This document shows positions 21,346 to 36,425 of a DNA stretch of 64,000 nucleotides, piece after piece; the first letter of the stretch is position 1; the number at the start of each line of letters is the position of its first letter. The stretch lies in NCBI RefSeq assembly GCF_964355755.1, contig NC_092677.1, positions 15,026,101-15,090,100 on the forward strand. The letters are read 5' to 3'. Made by a program: the position numbers and the translations under genes. The stretch is from Antedon mediterranea (taxonomy: Eukaryota > Animalia > Echinodermata). The notes under the pieces are model-generated. The model had not been told where the DNA came from. It was given only the letters and a program-made list of their open reading frames with translations, and made no database searches.

Positions 21346-24300
21346 AACTCACGACTCTTTAAACTCCATTCCCATAGCCTCAAATGAGACTTAAGTTTAG
21401 AAAGCATTATTATGAAATAGTTTATTTATCCAGTAATTGACGAGTTGCTCGCTGTTGGATGCAGAAATAAAGAAAGAAAAAAAGTATCTAGTCATCATAT
21501 GGTATCAGTAATTTGGTTTAAGCATGAATTTCTAATTTGGCTCATGTTGGTGAGTTGCAGTAATTGTGATCATGTCACAGACTTTCATTCTAAAACACAG
21601 TGCTTGTCTACAACAACAGTTTGAATATGTTTTTGTTGTACAAAATACACAATAGGGTGATTGTTGAAAGATAAACTTACCAGTTATTTTATCATAATGC
21701 AAATATTAGTTGTATTAGCTGTATATAAATGCTAATGTTTAAACTTCAGGTTCAGTGTGTACTACCTGATTACAGAAATTCAAAAGATACCAAATAAGTA
21801 GTACAACAGTAGTAATATATGATGAATGTAATGCTAAATGTAATGCTAATACAGTAATACTGTGTTAATGTACAATTCTTTATTATTTTGCCCGTTCTGT
21901 TGCAAACAATAAACCATATAAAATACTGGATATAAATGCACTTGTAATAGTTTTATTTATCAGTGAATGAGTCTTCCTTGATTTTTTATAAACAAATGGA
22001 TATTAATTTGTTGCCAGTAAAAGTTAGAATCATAAAAGTACTGTACTATACTCTGCCATACAGTAAACTATCCTGTCTGTACTACAGTACAGTTATCGAA
22101 AGGCGGTGTGCACACTGTTTGCAGGGAGTTGTAAAATAACAACTCCCTGCTGTATGTGCATTATTTCTCTAAAATGTTTGTTGATTTTATTTTGTGTGTG
22201 CTGTGTACATTCTACTTTGTTAATGTTCCATACAATACTTACTGTACAGTACTGTGTATTTCAATAAACAATTGTGTGTATCTGTATTACAGTGTATACT
22301 GTAATGCTATAGTTTTATTGGCTATTTTGGTTACATAGAGTAGAAACATGAGGCCCTGGAGTCTTTTTTATTCCTGTTGAGAAATATATAATTTCTACCA
22401 TTCAAATTTGATTAATTACCGAAACATGAAAGGATATTTTGTAATTCAGACATTGCTGTACCTCTGTAATGTACTCAACAGAATGGTAGATGTCACATAG
22501 AAATGTTGATACGCATCCATGTACAATATACAAAGGTATAAGAGATAGCCTTCATAATTGTACTTACCAGCTTAGTGTTTACAATACTGTAGATCTGGAA
22601 TGAGGAAAACAAGACTAGTACTATTAACCAACTATCAGATTATTTGATTTCAATAGTTCGTTTGCACTATTTAACTATTTGTATAGGCCTGTATAGTACA
22701 TACAGTATCTATTTTTACTGACACAATTTTGTGAACCTTGTTTTGAAAATAATGAAAATTGGTAAACTAAGACTTGTTTATCTTGACAGTACACAGTACT
22801 ATAATTTCTTTCTTTTCAAACATGTTATAAGACCCTCCAGTATGGTACTAAGAGTTGGATTCCACATACCATACTGTACTTTGAAGTTAAATTCTGAATG
22901 CAACTAAAGCAGGTACCCAAGCGTCAAGACCATGGATCAATACAGTATTATTATTAACACACAGGACAGGATGCAAGATTATTTTTAAAATAAAGTCAAC
23001 CAGAATTGTTATATTTTTTGCATTTTGTTTTAAACTCAAGTCAAAACTAGCAAAGTTAGTTTTATTGGCTGTTGCTTTTTTAGTTTACATTTTATAAACT
23101 TCAAATATTACAACTTAAACTTTTACAAATGTAATTTTTTTTAAAGATGTCAACATTTTCGTTGATAGAAATGGTTTACTTATAACCTGGTCTGTAAATA
23201 CGATAATACTGTGTAAATTTTCTGAAAAATGAAAGTGATTTTTAATTGCAACGTAAAGATCTTTTAAATTCAAACATTTCAACATTATTTTTCAGTACAG
23301 TACATTAACAGCTAGAACAGGTTGTAAATTATTCAATAACCTGACTGACCCTACTAGAAAAACAACACAAGTTTCCTGAAACCAAACAGCTTAGTAAATC
23401 AAAAAGCTGAACAGAAATATCTTTCAGCATTAATAGTAAGGATTGTCTTTGTATTCTCCACTCAAATGGCATTCATTGATATTAGCAGGAACAAAAGGCT
23501 TACCTTAGCAATTGTTGTGCTAACTATAGGCTCAGGAATTTGAATGAGTGCAAAAGAACAGGTGTAAACAAAGAAATAATTTTGATGTAAGAAAGGTGTT
23601 TTTTGACTGTCCAATTTGTCATAATTTTTACTCAGGTAGTCAGTTTATTCATGCGTGTAGTTTGGCACTGTAAATACATGACATTTTAAATAAAGTACTG
23701 TAATTTTTAATGTGAACCTAATTAATAAATGTTTAGATATGAATCGATATATTTTTCATAGCTAGACATTTTTTTGTTGCTTTTGTAATATTTCACAATT
23801 AGTGAAATGTTTAGTTTCTTCTTCCATTTGGTTCACATTTGGACTCAAGGACGTAAGCAGTGCCGTAAGTAATTTGACCAATCATGACGTGGAAGATCAT
23901 ATAAACTGTCGCTTGTGATTGGTCAACTGTCAAGTGTGTCATGTCTACGTCATTGCATCCAAGTGGGAAACAGGTTTAATTATTAAATTATTTCATATTT
24001 ATTATAACCTTGGATAATGTTCAATATTTTTAGAAATAAAGGTAATAAATTGTGTCACCTTGCAGATGTACTTGTGATGTGCAGCAGTAGTTTTACAGTA
24101 TTTTAATAGTTTGTCTATTATCATATTGCCTCCTATTTAATTACATAAGGAAGTAATTAATATTGTTGATTGTTTCTATGAGTGTATTATTACTTGACAA
24201 CTCATTTTTCCCAGCTTCTGATTTCATTTTGTCAAATTTAGCGTCGAAATCGGAAAATATTTTCTACTGTATTGCATTTTCCTTTTCTAGAGTTGAATAC

Positions 24301-24499
24301 AATTTTAAATATTAATTTGTCTTTGCCATATCAAGCATGCTTAAGATTTGTTTCTGTCGAATTTTCTTTAGCAAAGTTGTTAATTGTATGTTTACATTGC
24401 TCTATTGTACGTAATGTACACAATTATCTACAGTGGTCAAACAAGCTGCTGCATAATAAATAGCTCTAAATAATTCTAAATTAAAAGACGTTTACTATA

Positions 24500-24600
24500 T
24501 AATTTCAATATAAAATTTAATGACAAAAAGAGAGATCAACGTTTCGGTAAAAACGAAACGTCGATCTCTCTTTTTGTCATTAAATTTTATATTGAAATTA
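24500..24600. repeat. 47-bp-arm hairpin (1 mismatch, 7-nt loop)
   Basis: 24500-24546 is the reverse complement of 24554-24600. Confidence 0.9.
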
Positions 24601-27600
24601 AATAATTCTAAATAGATTTAATTTAAGATGGTATAAAGAACTGTTTATAATTATAGTACTGTAGTTTCTTACAGGTTCTCAGTATCAAGAGGAATGTCTG
24701 GTCTTTCACAATCCTGTTCACAAAATGTAGTAACTGTACCACAGTAATATTTGGATACAGTATACTGTACTGTACAATGTACAGTAGTGTTGAACTAAAT
24801 AATTAGAGATCTGCTATGTGGTTTTAACTGTTGAATAGAATCATGGGAAATGGCAATGTTTTTCCATAGGGAGTGGTAGCGATAGTTGTAATAACTAATG
24901 CATTCTGCTTTTGTATTAAATCTTGTTTGTGTGAACACTGCAATTTGTACCACAATAAAGCATAGATATCAGATTTCAGCAAAATTATAACCTTTTGTGA
25001 AGCTTCATTTCACTGAATACCGATTTGAAAGATGTTGTTTTGCGAGAAAAATAAAAAATTGCGTTTGTAGTATGTACTGTTTAGCTTTAGTTACACTTTA
25101 CAATATTGTACTATCACATAGGCCTACAGTATTTTTGCTAACACCAGAAGGAATTTTTTAGCCTGCACTGCATACTGTCATGTAATCTTATTCAAGCACA
25201 AAACCGCATTGCTTCATAAAGTAGAAGTGGTTATAGTTTACAGCCAGCCTGGCATTAATTGTAAACATACAAGGCTACTGTTGGCTATAAATCGTGCTTT
25301 AGGGAGAGGCAAAGAAAGCAGTTTATAAGCTCCATGCCATCAAGTTCAATAGGGGTGATATTAAGTGATAATGTTTAAAAATTAACTACAGTAATTGACT
25401 GGCGGCATGTTAAAAACAAAATACCTGCTGAATAATTTGTTAAAATCGAGAATAATAGAAAACGGTACAAAAAACGTTGAATGCAATTGCAATTTTTTTT
25501 AGTGTAAAGTAATTAATGAGATTCACATACATACAGTTCAGAGTTTGGTACTATTATGTGTATTGAAATACGAATGCTTGATATGCTTGAATAAATTAGT
25601 AATATTTAGATATTCTGTGAATTTACAGTAATTCATTCATTAATAATTGAGCTAAGAACACCATCTCATGTTACAGTATTTGATCTAGATACATAATTTC
25701 AGGTCATATTTGCCAACTTATCAAAGTCCAATGATAGTATACAACACAGTACAGTACATATGTACTTATATCAAATCTGGCTTGTTACCAACAAATTGAT
25801 TGATTTCTGTATCTGTCAATCTTTAGAATATCTGCATAACAACACTGCACATTTCAAGAGAATCTTGCGACTTTTGTGTTCCGTAAAATCTAAAAAATTA
25901 CGCAAAATAATAATTAAACACTTAAAGGACCTGAGCACAATGTGCGTTGCAGCTGGCGATGATTTAGAAAAGGGTGAAGTTTTTGAGCCGCCAGCCATGC
26001 AAAATGCGATCCAATCGGACAGTTTTGCAGTCAGGCTTACTCTATGTGTGCGTAAGACAGAGAGAGAAACACACATATAGACGAGTGCTTTCTACCAGTA
26101 ACAATACAGATAATGTTTTCCATCATTTCTAATATTCATTGTATAATTGATTTAATGCATGATAATGATATCTGTATAAAATCTACTGTTTTCTTCCTTC
26201 TTATTTAATGTGGTATACAGTAAACAATCTGTCACTTGGTATAGTGCTTGTAGGAGCATAGGGCAAAGAACTCGGCCAAGAAATAGAAGAGAGTACAATA
26301 CAATAGCCCTAGACATTGTCTGCAGTTTCCTAACATTTGCATAGACATGTTTACCTGACCAGGCATTGGATCAATAAACCAACAGTAACATTAAGCTTGG
26401 TTCTTAAGTAAAACATTCCATCCTTATTCATGTCCTTATGATAATTCTGAAGCTATGCAACATCCCTCAGGGATGATATGATCATTCAAGTTGTTTGAAA
26501 TTGAAAGACTGTACTACTTTTGAAGAATTTTAATTAAAAGATTGTGATAGTGGTATGGAAAGTAGTTACAACTCTTTAAAAGCAGATATAATATTTGGTT
26601 GAAATGTACATAAATTGATAATGTGTAACAGAAATCATGGCGAAAAAAAAAACTACACTAGATAGGTACAGTACTGCAGTAAGTACAACCTGATGGTGGC
26701 ATATTTAGTTATTCCACAGAAAAGGAAAAAAGGTGCAAACTGGCTGGATCTCAATGGAGATACAAAATAAAATATGCAAAAACCTAAATAAAAAGTAAAA
26801 TAGTCAAAAAAATTTGCAGAGCTTCCGGGCAATGCTAGCCAAGTCATACTGATCAGTGAAAGTTATTTACCAATATTTAGGTTTTTTCTACACAATTTAT
26901 TTATTTTTTTCAATGCCTTTACACTACAGCATTTGTGTACAATATTATTTATACTGAAAGTGCTTACTGTAAAACTAGTTCATATCCATTTTTTGTATGA
27001 TGTTTATTATCCATTTGAAGACAGTGGGAGGGGAAGTCATTCCTTTTCAAAATGCTTTGCCAGATATTTGACTTCCTTGGCCTTGGTGTTAGCATTGACA
27101 TTGTCTGGGAGGAGGCTGGTATAAATGATTCATGATGAATGCAAGGCCTCCTGGGGTAAGCTAAGTGGATCTATTACCTGCACTGTGGTTGGTCATAGCA
27201 ATTGGGTCAGGTTGCAAGATATATTTTCATAGCATTCCATTATGTGACTGGTTCATATTTCAGATGAAATGTCAAGTAGTTTCTTCTTTAACATCTTAAT
27301 TTATATTAAAAAACATGCATATAACAGTACTGTAAAGCAATAAACTTTAGATTGATTGATGGATTGATTGATTTTTTTTTCTTTCAGAAATAAATCCATA
27401 TACAGTAATAATGTTACAAAGAAAATACTCAAGTATTCATATAGTTCAATTTTCCATTTAAAGGATTTTTTGTTGACACAAGCATTTGTTCAAAGAATAA
27501 GTGATAAGATATATGTAATGGTTTTTTTAGACTTTCAAAATGTCATAATAATAATATGATTAATTTGGCTGTACACTAAAAGCTTTTAGCTGTGGCAAAC

Positions 27601-28761
27601 ACCTGTTCAAATGCAGGGTCATTGTCTACGAAATGCTTCCTCTATTGGATCATTATTGACATTCTTATTTGTTTTTTTCTTTAATGCATACTTTCTTTAC
27701 GATAATCAAGCACGTTCTCCCTTTACTATAGAATGTATAGAAATATAAAAATTAGGCTTCTACAGTTAATAAGAAAACAACCTGAGAAAGAGAACTTTAA
27801 TGTTACAACATTATCATCTGTAATTTAGTAAACAGTTTCTTCAATTTGTGAGAAACTTTTTCAAATATTTGGATCTTTATTGGGAACAAAATGTTTAAAG
27901 CATATTAAAGAAGGCATATTAAGAAGAAACATACTACAGTATTTGTTTTTAAAAACCAACCAACTACAATTTATTTCCAAGTGATGAATTTAAAAAAAGT
28001 GAATATAGATTAGAAAGTACAGTATGATGTACAGTGTGATATGACAAACAGCTGAAATACTCATGCAAAGTTTATATGTGGTTGTAAAAGTCTACCCATG
28101 TCTGATAAAGTTGGTGATCAGACCATAAAATATATAATTCTGCATTGATGATTCTGCCAAACCTTGCTGGTGTTGACCAATGAGCAACAAGTTTTTCCTA
28201 AAAATAAAATCTTCAAAAGTTCTCTAATTTACTATACTGTATACATTATTCAGTACTGTAGCTCATTTTATTCTAATGCAGTCAACTAATTATTTTTACT
28301 ACAATATATACAGTCCAATATATAATAGGAGAACAATTTATTTTTAATAATATAACCGTTAAAACTAAATCAATCATCATGTTCAAGTACTGGGTAAAAG
28401 GTTGTAAACCCTTTTGTACACCTGACTGGGATGTTCCATTGTTATAAAAGGGGTTATTTTAAACTACATATAATTTTTATTATTATACAGTACATGATGC
28501 GGCTCATCCTTTAATTCTCATATTTGATGTTATTGACTTTATAGTGTCACGTCTTTAATTGAAAGTTGATTTTAATAGCATGTTGTACAGATTTGTTGCA
28601 ATTTTTTTGTTCATGTTCATGTACTGTATGTACAATCTGAACATCTGCCTGTATCCATGGTACTGTAGATTGAATATTTACTATTTTCATCTTCTTGTTG
28701 CAGATGACCTAGCAATCTGTCTCTAACAGTAGGACTTGCGCAACCCTCCCTCCACACCAAC

Positions 28762-31700
28762 ATGGATTCGGACACAACTATTCAGTCCGAAAAAAGCAAC
28801 CATTCAAGGAAGAACAGGCGTTACAAGAACCGGGACACCGACCGTGACGATGACAGTGATTACAACTATGGCAGACGAGGGCGGCGTTCACGCAATCATG
28901 AGAACTCAGATCATGAACCATCAAGGAGAAGGAGTGGGATGAATAAAAGCGATCGATCGGTGACGATACAGACACCACCAAGATCAGAGGGAGATGATCG
29001 AGATGAGGTAGACTAAACTACTGTAATACTTTATATGTACACATGAAAAAAAAAAAAAATAATAATAATAATAATAAGATTTTTATAGCGCACATACCAC
29101 TCCAGAGTGCTCAAGGCGCATTTAAAATTAAAAAAGAAATAAATCATACAAATTCCTGACAAATAAAATGCAATTTCTTTGGATCATTTATATCTATTTT
29201 TATTGTGAGTATGGTCCTGTTTACTGTATGCTGCATAATGCTGAAGAACTATTGATTTGAAAATAGATTAAAATATTTATGTACCAAGTTTGTGATTTTT
29301 AATCTATTTTCAAATAAATAACTTTGATACGCAAATGCAACTCAGACGGTCAAAACGGTACAGTATGATAGTAGCTGTAATGCAAGGTCAACAGTGGTCA
29401 ATTAAAGAACCGTTATTTTTAGTTTAAGCTGTCAATTATATGACAAATAAATAAAACAATAACCCCCCCCCCCCCCACCAACACCCCCACCCAAAAAAAA
29501 AATACTTATGAGCATAATAATAATATAATAATAATAATAATATTCTGTAAGAAGTTTATTATACTGTACGTGTAAACACGAACCCAAAAATAATATTTTT
29601 TAGAACGTATGTCATTCCAGTATTTAGAATCGGTATTACCATAGAGTAATATCTTGATGGTATTACAGTACAGTACTGTATACTGGAATACTAAGGCTTA
29701 CAGGTTTTATTAGAAGTAGGTATCCATATTAATAGGCGCTGAATGACCAAATGACACACAATAAACTTGAATAGCGTGCTGTCATCCACTTGGGCTAGAA
29801 ATTAGAATTTGAATCATCCTGCATCTAAAGTACTATTTAATGAGTTTGGAATAAACAGTGCATAATTTGATGATAATTATGTGGGTGATAATGTTATACA
29901 ATGCCTTGTACTTGAACTAAGAGAGAATGAGAATTTGATGCTATGCTACACTGTACATAAAGAGTTTGAATAAAAAATGCATATTTTGATCATTATCATA
30001 AAAATATGTCACTGTAATTAGTAATAACTACTTACTATAATTTTTTTTGTAACAATTGGTAATAAAGGGTTATTGTATGAATAAATATACAATATCATTG
30101 TACACAGTAAATAATGTATGAAATTGATGCACATGAGTAAACTTTAACAGATGTTGCTATATTTACTGTAATGGAAACTTACTGTAGAGAGAAAAAAAAT
30201 ATGCATTAAAATATTACTAAATGAGGGTTGCTCTTCCCCAAAATAAACCTAAATATTTCAACACATATTATTGAGATTATTACATTAGAGTATTGACCAT
30301 GAAAACATAATGACTCATGCACTATACTGTACATCAATTCACTGAATCTATGGATGCGGATTGCTAGATAAAAATAAAATAAATATTACTAAATGAGGGT
30401 TGCTCTTCCCCAAAATAAACCTAAATATTTCAACACATATTATTGAGATTATTACATTAGAGTATTGACCATGAAAACATAATGACTCATGCACTATACA
30501 TCAATTCACTGAATCTATGGATGCGGATTGCTAGATAAAAATAAAATAAATATTACTAAATGAGGGTTGCTTTCCCCCCAAATAGACGTAAATAATTCAA
30601 CAAATTATATAGAGATAGTTACAGTAAAGTAATGACAATGAAAACATAATGACTCATGCACTTACTATACTGTACATCAATTCACTGAATCTACATATGG
30701 ATGCGGATTGCTAGATAAAAATGGAAGACTCGATGAATCATCCATTAGTACAACCGTTACGATTACGTAGTTCCAAGCTGTTACCATGGAGAGTTAATTT
30801 ATTTGTATTTTGTATAGTTAATCTTGCACTGCATTTATTAGCTATACAGTACATTAATTAATATTAATTTGTTTGGTTGATTTGAATTTTTATAATAATA
30901 AACTACTTTTTTTAACGATTAAAAAAAGAAAGAGCACTACCTGTAGGGCACAGTGGTTGAAATACATTTCGTTTTTAAAGTTAAATTTCAGGCAAAAAAT
31001 TTTTAAAAATTACCAGATAAAAGTCAAAATATTGACAATTATTAACTTAATTGAAATATTATTTTTGTAGGTCATTGAAGTCCAAATTTTACCTCAAGAT
31101 GATAACTGGGGAGACAATACAACTGCTATTACCGGAACCTCCGACCGTTCGTCAATGGATGACCTCACAAGGATTGCCAAAGGTATTGAAGATAGTGTGG
31201 GATTTGACTGTAGTCGTTATTTTGGATTATTAGTAACAGGAATATTGTCGTTTATTGCATTCCTGTCACCAATTGCGTTTGTTGTAATACCACAGATTAT
31301 GTGGGCAGAAGAACTTCATCCATGCGATACCTCTTGCGAAGGTCTTTTTATAAGTATGTCGTTTAAGCTGCTTATCTTAGCTATTGGTAGCTGGGCTTTA
31401 TTCTTCCGAAAACCAAAATCAACACTGCCACGCATATTTGTTTTTCGTATGACACTCATGGCGCTCGTATTTGTATTTCTCGTCACATATTGGTTGTTTT
31501 ATTGTGTTCGGATTGTAAGTAAGCGAGACAGTAACTATTATGGGATTGTTCTCTATGCTGTTTCGTTAGTCGATGCTCTTGTGTTTATACATTACGTTGG
31601 AGTAATATTATTGGAATTACGACAACTTCAAACTTTGTACACACTTAAAGTTGTGCGTTCACCAGATGGAGCTAGTAAGTTTTACTCGGTAGGACAATTA

Positions 31701-32459
31701 AGTATTCAAAGAGCTGCTGCATGGATCTTAGAACAGTATTACCGTGACTTTTCTATTTATAATCCTCATTTGTTACGAGTGCCAACTTCTCGTATTGCTA
31801 AACGACTCTCAAATTTCAAATTTTATGATGTGGATGGTCCTGGTAACAATACAGCAGAACGGTCGCGTGCTATAATGGCAGCATCTGCTCATCAACGAGA
31901 TGCTCGCCGCAATGAGCGATTTTACGAGGAAGAGGATTATGTTCGCCGGGTTAAAAAGCGACGAGCACGTCTTGAAGTTGCAGCAGAGGAAGCCTTCACA
32001 CATATCAAGCGACTGCACCAGGATAACGGACATCATCAAATAATGAATCCAACAGAAGCTGCACAGTCAATCTTCCCGTCATTAGCGCGAGCATTACAAA
32101 AGTATTTACGTGTCACAAGACAACAGCCGAAATGGTCTGTGGAAAAAATTATAGAGCATTTAGCAACATGTATCAGCTACAATCTATCGGCAAAAGCTTT
32201 TCTCGAGGCATTCCTTCAACCAGGTCCATGTATAGTGGAAACGCATCGCGTGGAATCAAAGTGTGAGAACTGGGAACTTGTGTCGGATACAGTTGTTTCA
32301 CGTCCATTAAAAGCAGATCATACATTTCAATTGCGGCAAGGGGAGGTAATGCTACAAGTGTTTGTGATGAAAACTCCGCATTTTAGAATGTTTGAAGAAG
32401 CGTACGATTATAAAGATAATAAATTTACATTACGTCTTCAATCCGAGACCTCAGTTTGA
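28762..32459 (+). CDS. VANGL: Vang-like/Strabismus planar cell polarity protein, ~544 aa, 2 coding exons (28762-29007, 31071-32459)
   Basis: The splice joins RDE|VIEVQILPQDDNWGDNTTAITGTS; four TM segments; GQLSIQRAA, RNERFYEE and AAEEAFTHIKR motifs; C-terminal PDZ ligand QSETSV. Confidence 0.96.
30209..30722. repeat. ~170-bp tandem repeat x3 in the Vangl intron
   Basis: AATATTACTAAATGAGGGTTGCT recurs at ~30209, 30382 and 30549. Confidence 0.85.
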
Positions 32460-35351
32460 TCAGAGCTTTTAAAAGTTAAAATTAAAAAGAAAACAAATTT
32501 GCCATCTTGATTCATATTATTAGATATACTGTACCCTGTGGCCCCAATTGTGTCACCAATCACAGATAGAGGTTTGTTTTACATAAATTCATTCAGAAAT
32601 TGTGTTTTCTATGAAAAAGATCAAATTAAATGTTGCAAAACAGTGTTGGATTTTCAAATTTAAGAACCTGTAAATATGAGATTATTGTTTTTGATCTTAA
32701 AGGCAACATTTAAACAGTTTACTGTATTTTTGTTAGGATACTGTACAATTTGTGCACGTTTTCAGAAGTATCAATTATATTACATAATTTCTTTGTACGA
32801 GTAACATTAATAATTGTCAATAATTTCCTGCATAAACTATGAAATAAACTATAAAATAAGAGATATCTTTTCAAAATTTCTTTAATGTTGAAGACGTACA
32901 ATATTTGACATCATATTCCATTCTGCAGTATACCAAATGGTATCTTATTTGTAATTGGTTTAGTTGAAAATGTCACTCAGTCATATTTTTTTTTCAACTA
33001 ATGCGGCCTAGGCAATTTTGGTTAAATTGTAACATTTTTAATTGATATTTTATATAATTTTATATTTTGAATTTTTTAATTTCAATTAAGATTTTAAACA
33101 TAATCAAATGTTTATGATATGACAACATATTTTATTAATAGAGTGGGTGAACCAAAGGAACAGCAATGTAAACTATAATTTGGGCTGGATACCTGTGTTT
33201 AGCCCTACAGTACATTATATTTTTGGAACAAATAACAAATTATTTTCAATAAGTAAGGACCTATCACTTGTACATCACAATTGTATTGAGACTGTAACAG
33301 GAGGCTCATTATAGGTAAATTTTAAATATATCATACAACCAGTGCTACAAAGTGCTATAAGAATTTACCTTGTTTAATTTAAGCTTACAGTACGTTATAT
33401 TGGTTGTTGAAAACTTTTTTTATTAGTGTCAAATTTACATAACAATTTGCCAAGAATGCTTCCGAACCAACCTGCAGATCCTTTTTTTTTTAATTCTTTT
33501 TTTTGTGTAGTATTTGTACAAAGATTGAAACAAACCAAACGATGTATATAACTTTTTGTAGATGAATATTATAGAATTGTGTTTTTGTTGTATTTTCTGA
33601 AATGACAGATAAATAAATGCACTATCTATTTGTAGTAATTTGACATTTGACCTTGCAGTATTGCATCCAGGATATCATTTGAAAATTGATGATACAACCA
33701 CACTGTCATTTATTTTATGTTGAATACAGTGAGAGAATTTTAAAATCATCAAATGTATTTAACCACTTCATTATGATTAACTATGAATTGACATATATTA
33801 ATACCCTTTTCACAACTGCATAAATTGTCGTAAATAGTTTTGATCTCCCGACTTATTAGATGTTTTTATACATGCATAATTATGCAAACCTTAAGAAATC
33901 TCGGGAGAAAGCATAGTTGCATGCCCTTTTTTTATTACTATGATTGGTCAGTTTGATACCAGAGCAACACACACGTGCGCAGTTACAACCCAGGACATCT
34001 CGGAACAAATGCAGGCCTTTCATCGGTGAATCTCTGTTAAAATCTTGGAGAATTTCTTTTTGCAGTGTGAAAAGGGTATTTTGATTGATGTTACAGTAAC
34101 ATCCGTTACTTGAAATGCTGTACTGTACTTCTGTCAATTATCTTCCATTTGAGTAGTCCAACAGCTACTGGACCAAATGCTGAGCCCTATAGCCTTCCTT
34201 CCCAGACCGCATGACCTCTTAATAAACATACCTAGGGACCGAATGCACACTCACTTAATGTGCTACAGTTAATTAGTCTTTTTCATGTTTGTTAATATAA
34301 ACCATGTCCAACTAATAGATGAAATAAATGTGTATGTCCTTGTAGAGAGATCTGAATATTTGTGGAGATTTTATATGACTCAAAACAATGCACACACTAG
34401 CCAAGTTTAATAAAAGCATAGACTTTAATATCATAAATGATTAATACAGTCCAGTAGGCCTACTACAGTACTGTATATAATGTCATGCCATACCTCATAA
34501 CCCTTTATTGTAACATTAGAAAAGCTTTTAAAAATAACTTGTATCTAAAACTATAGCTACAGCTGCATAACAAAAAAGCAATTGGAGTGTTTTATTTGTA
34601 TTGTATCCAATCTAAATATGTTTTATATTCCAAAATTCATTTCAGAATAATAAATACTACATTTCACCTAATATCCAATCTTGATTTCAACTTGATAACA
34701 ACTTCTGATGAAGATTAGTGAATTTGTGGTTATATGGTCTTTGATCCTGGCAGCTGTGGATAACATATTACTGATATTTCTGTTACCGTAAACAAAATAA
34801 ACACACAGTTAAACATGCTTTTAACAACAACCGACCAATGTGCATCTTGTCATTCAATCACCATAAAGTATATTTTACGACAGACAGACATACATCACAT
34901 TACAATAAGGTGGGCTTCAATCAATTGCAATCACAATGCAAAAAGTAGAGCAAAAAAAAAAAAAACAGTTACAATACTCTTGTTTTATTGATACATTAAT
35001 TTTTAACTATATTCAGTTTAATCAGTCTACAAGAATTAGAAGAGAAAAATAATGAAAAACTAGATTTGAACTCGTCGCTTTGACGAGTTAGTTATTATAA
35101 ACAGAACAACAAACGCCAAGTGCACGTCATACATTATTAGAAAATGCGCACCAACAAAAAAGAGGCGCTACTGCTGTTTTGCACCACACCGTTATATCTT
35201 CTATTTCTCATACACTTTTTCTCACACTCGCATCATACCATTTTTGGTTACATGTTGATAATTGCCACCGTTAATTTACCATTTTCACAACAAAACATGC
35301 CTTTCTGAACAAAGGCTCCTATCCAAGTGATAAGAAGACCCAGGCCATAAC

Positions 35352-36425
35352 CGGGTGTCACGAAACCTAAGACCACGAAAGCTAAGACCCCTAAGACCTA
35401 AGATCACGAAAGCTAAGACCCAAGACCTAAGATTACAAATTCTAAGATATACTACAGCTTTAAAAACAATACTTGTTTATCCATACATAATTTTAAACAC
35501 AGTAGGTTTCATTTATTACCATAAATATAATTAAATACTACCGCAAAAACATAGATAAACTCACATTATTTTCGCCCGTTGAGTAAATGTATATTTTTTT
35601 CTTTACAACAAACAAACTTGACGGGTTGTTTGTTGGTATATATTTACTCCATTGTGTTGGTTCAGAGTATGTTTTTCTTACGCACCTGCCTTTCTTGTAT
35701 TTTGACTCCAAATTTGTTGACTAACTTTATCCTGAATCCCACACTTTAAAATTAGGATTTATAAGTACTTTCAGACGGAGAAACACATAAAAACAAATAA
35801 ATAAATCCTTTAAATTGATGTTTTTACAGACGTGTTTCTTTGTACTGTAACTCCTCATGCTCAATGTTTTTGTTTCTATGAAGCGCCAAAAGAGCAACAA
35901 TAATAGTACAAGTATAAAACAGAAAGAAAACGAAACAAAAAAACTTATTATCATGATTTTTAAATTAAAATTTATTTGCGAGTATTTATTTCTTCGTACT
36001 AGCATGATTATACTATTATTATTACAATTTTAATTTCACATTGTTCCATCCACACTGTAGATGGACTCCACAGAGTTTTCAGCCCTCTATATAATTTTTG
36101 CTCTATTGACGTTCCATAGAAACAAAAACATTGAACATGATGTAGGCCTAACTGTAGTGTAGGCCATGCGAAATTTGCAAACAGTATGTGTGCGAGAAAC
36201 GTCTGTAAAATCATCAATTTGAAAATGTATTTGTTACTTTTTATGTGATTCTTTTTCATAAAGTGCTAATTCTAAGGTGTGGTATTCAGAATAAATGTTG
36301 GGAGTTAAAATACAAGGCAGGTGCGAAAGATAAATATTTGTAATCTTAGGTCTTGGGTCTTAGCTTTCGTGATCTTAGGTCTTAGGGGGTCTTAGCTTTC
36401 GTGGTCTTAGGTTTCGTGACACCCG
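35352..36425. mobile_element. MITE with ~88-bp near-perfect TIRs and 8-bp (up to 10-bp) TSD; hAT- or MuDR-like
   Basis: CGGGTGTCACGAAACCTAAGACC... and ...GGTCTTAGGTTTCGTGACACCCG; GGCCATAACC at 35343-35352 and 36425-36434. Confidence 0.88.

Noticed and set aside
25760-26080. 106-aa and 86-aa overlapping ORFs upstream of the Vangl coding exons
   Set aside because: No recognisable motif or convincing splice context; probably a repeat fragment.
27100-27230. GC-richer island with an ATGATGA box-C-like motif (snoRNA?)
   Set aside because: No box D (CTGA) or terminal stem at a suitable distance; more likely an old SINE core, but unsupported.
31155-32459. 434-aa ORF as the complete Vangl
   Set aside because: The conserved N-terminus lies upstream via the acceptor at 31070 and exon 28762-29007.
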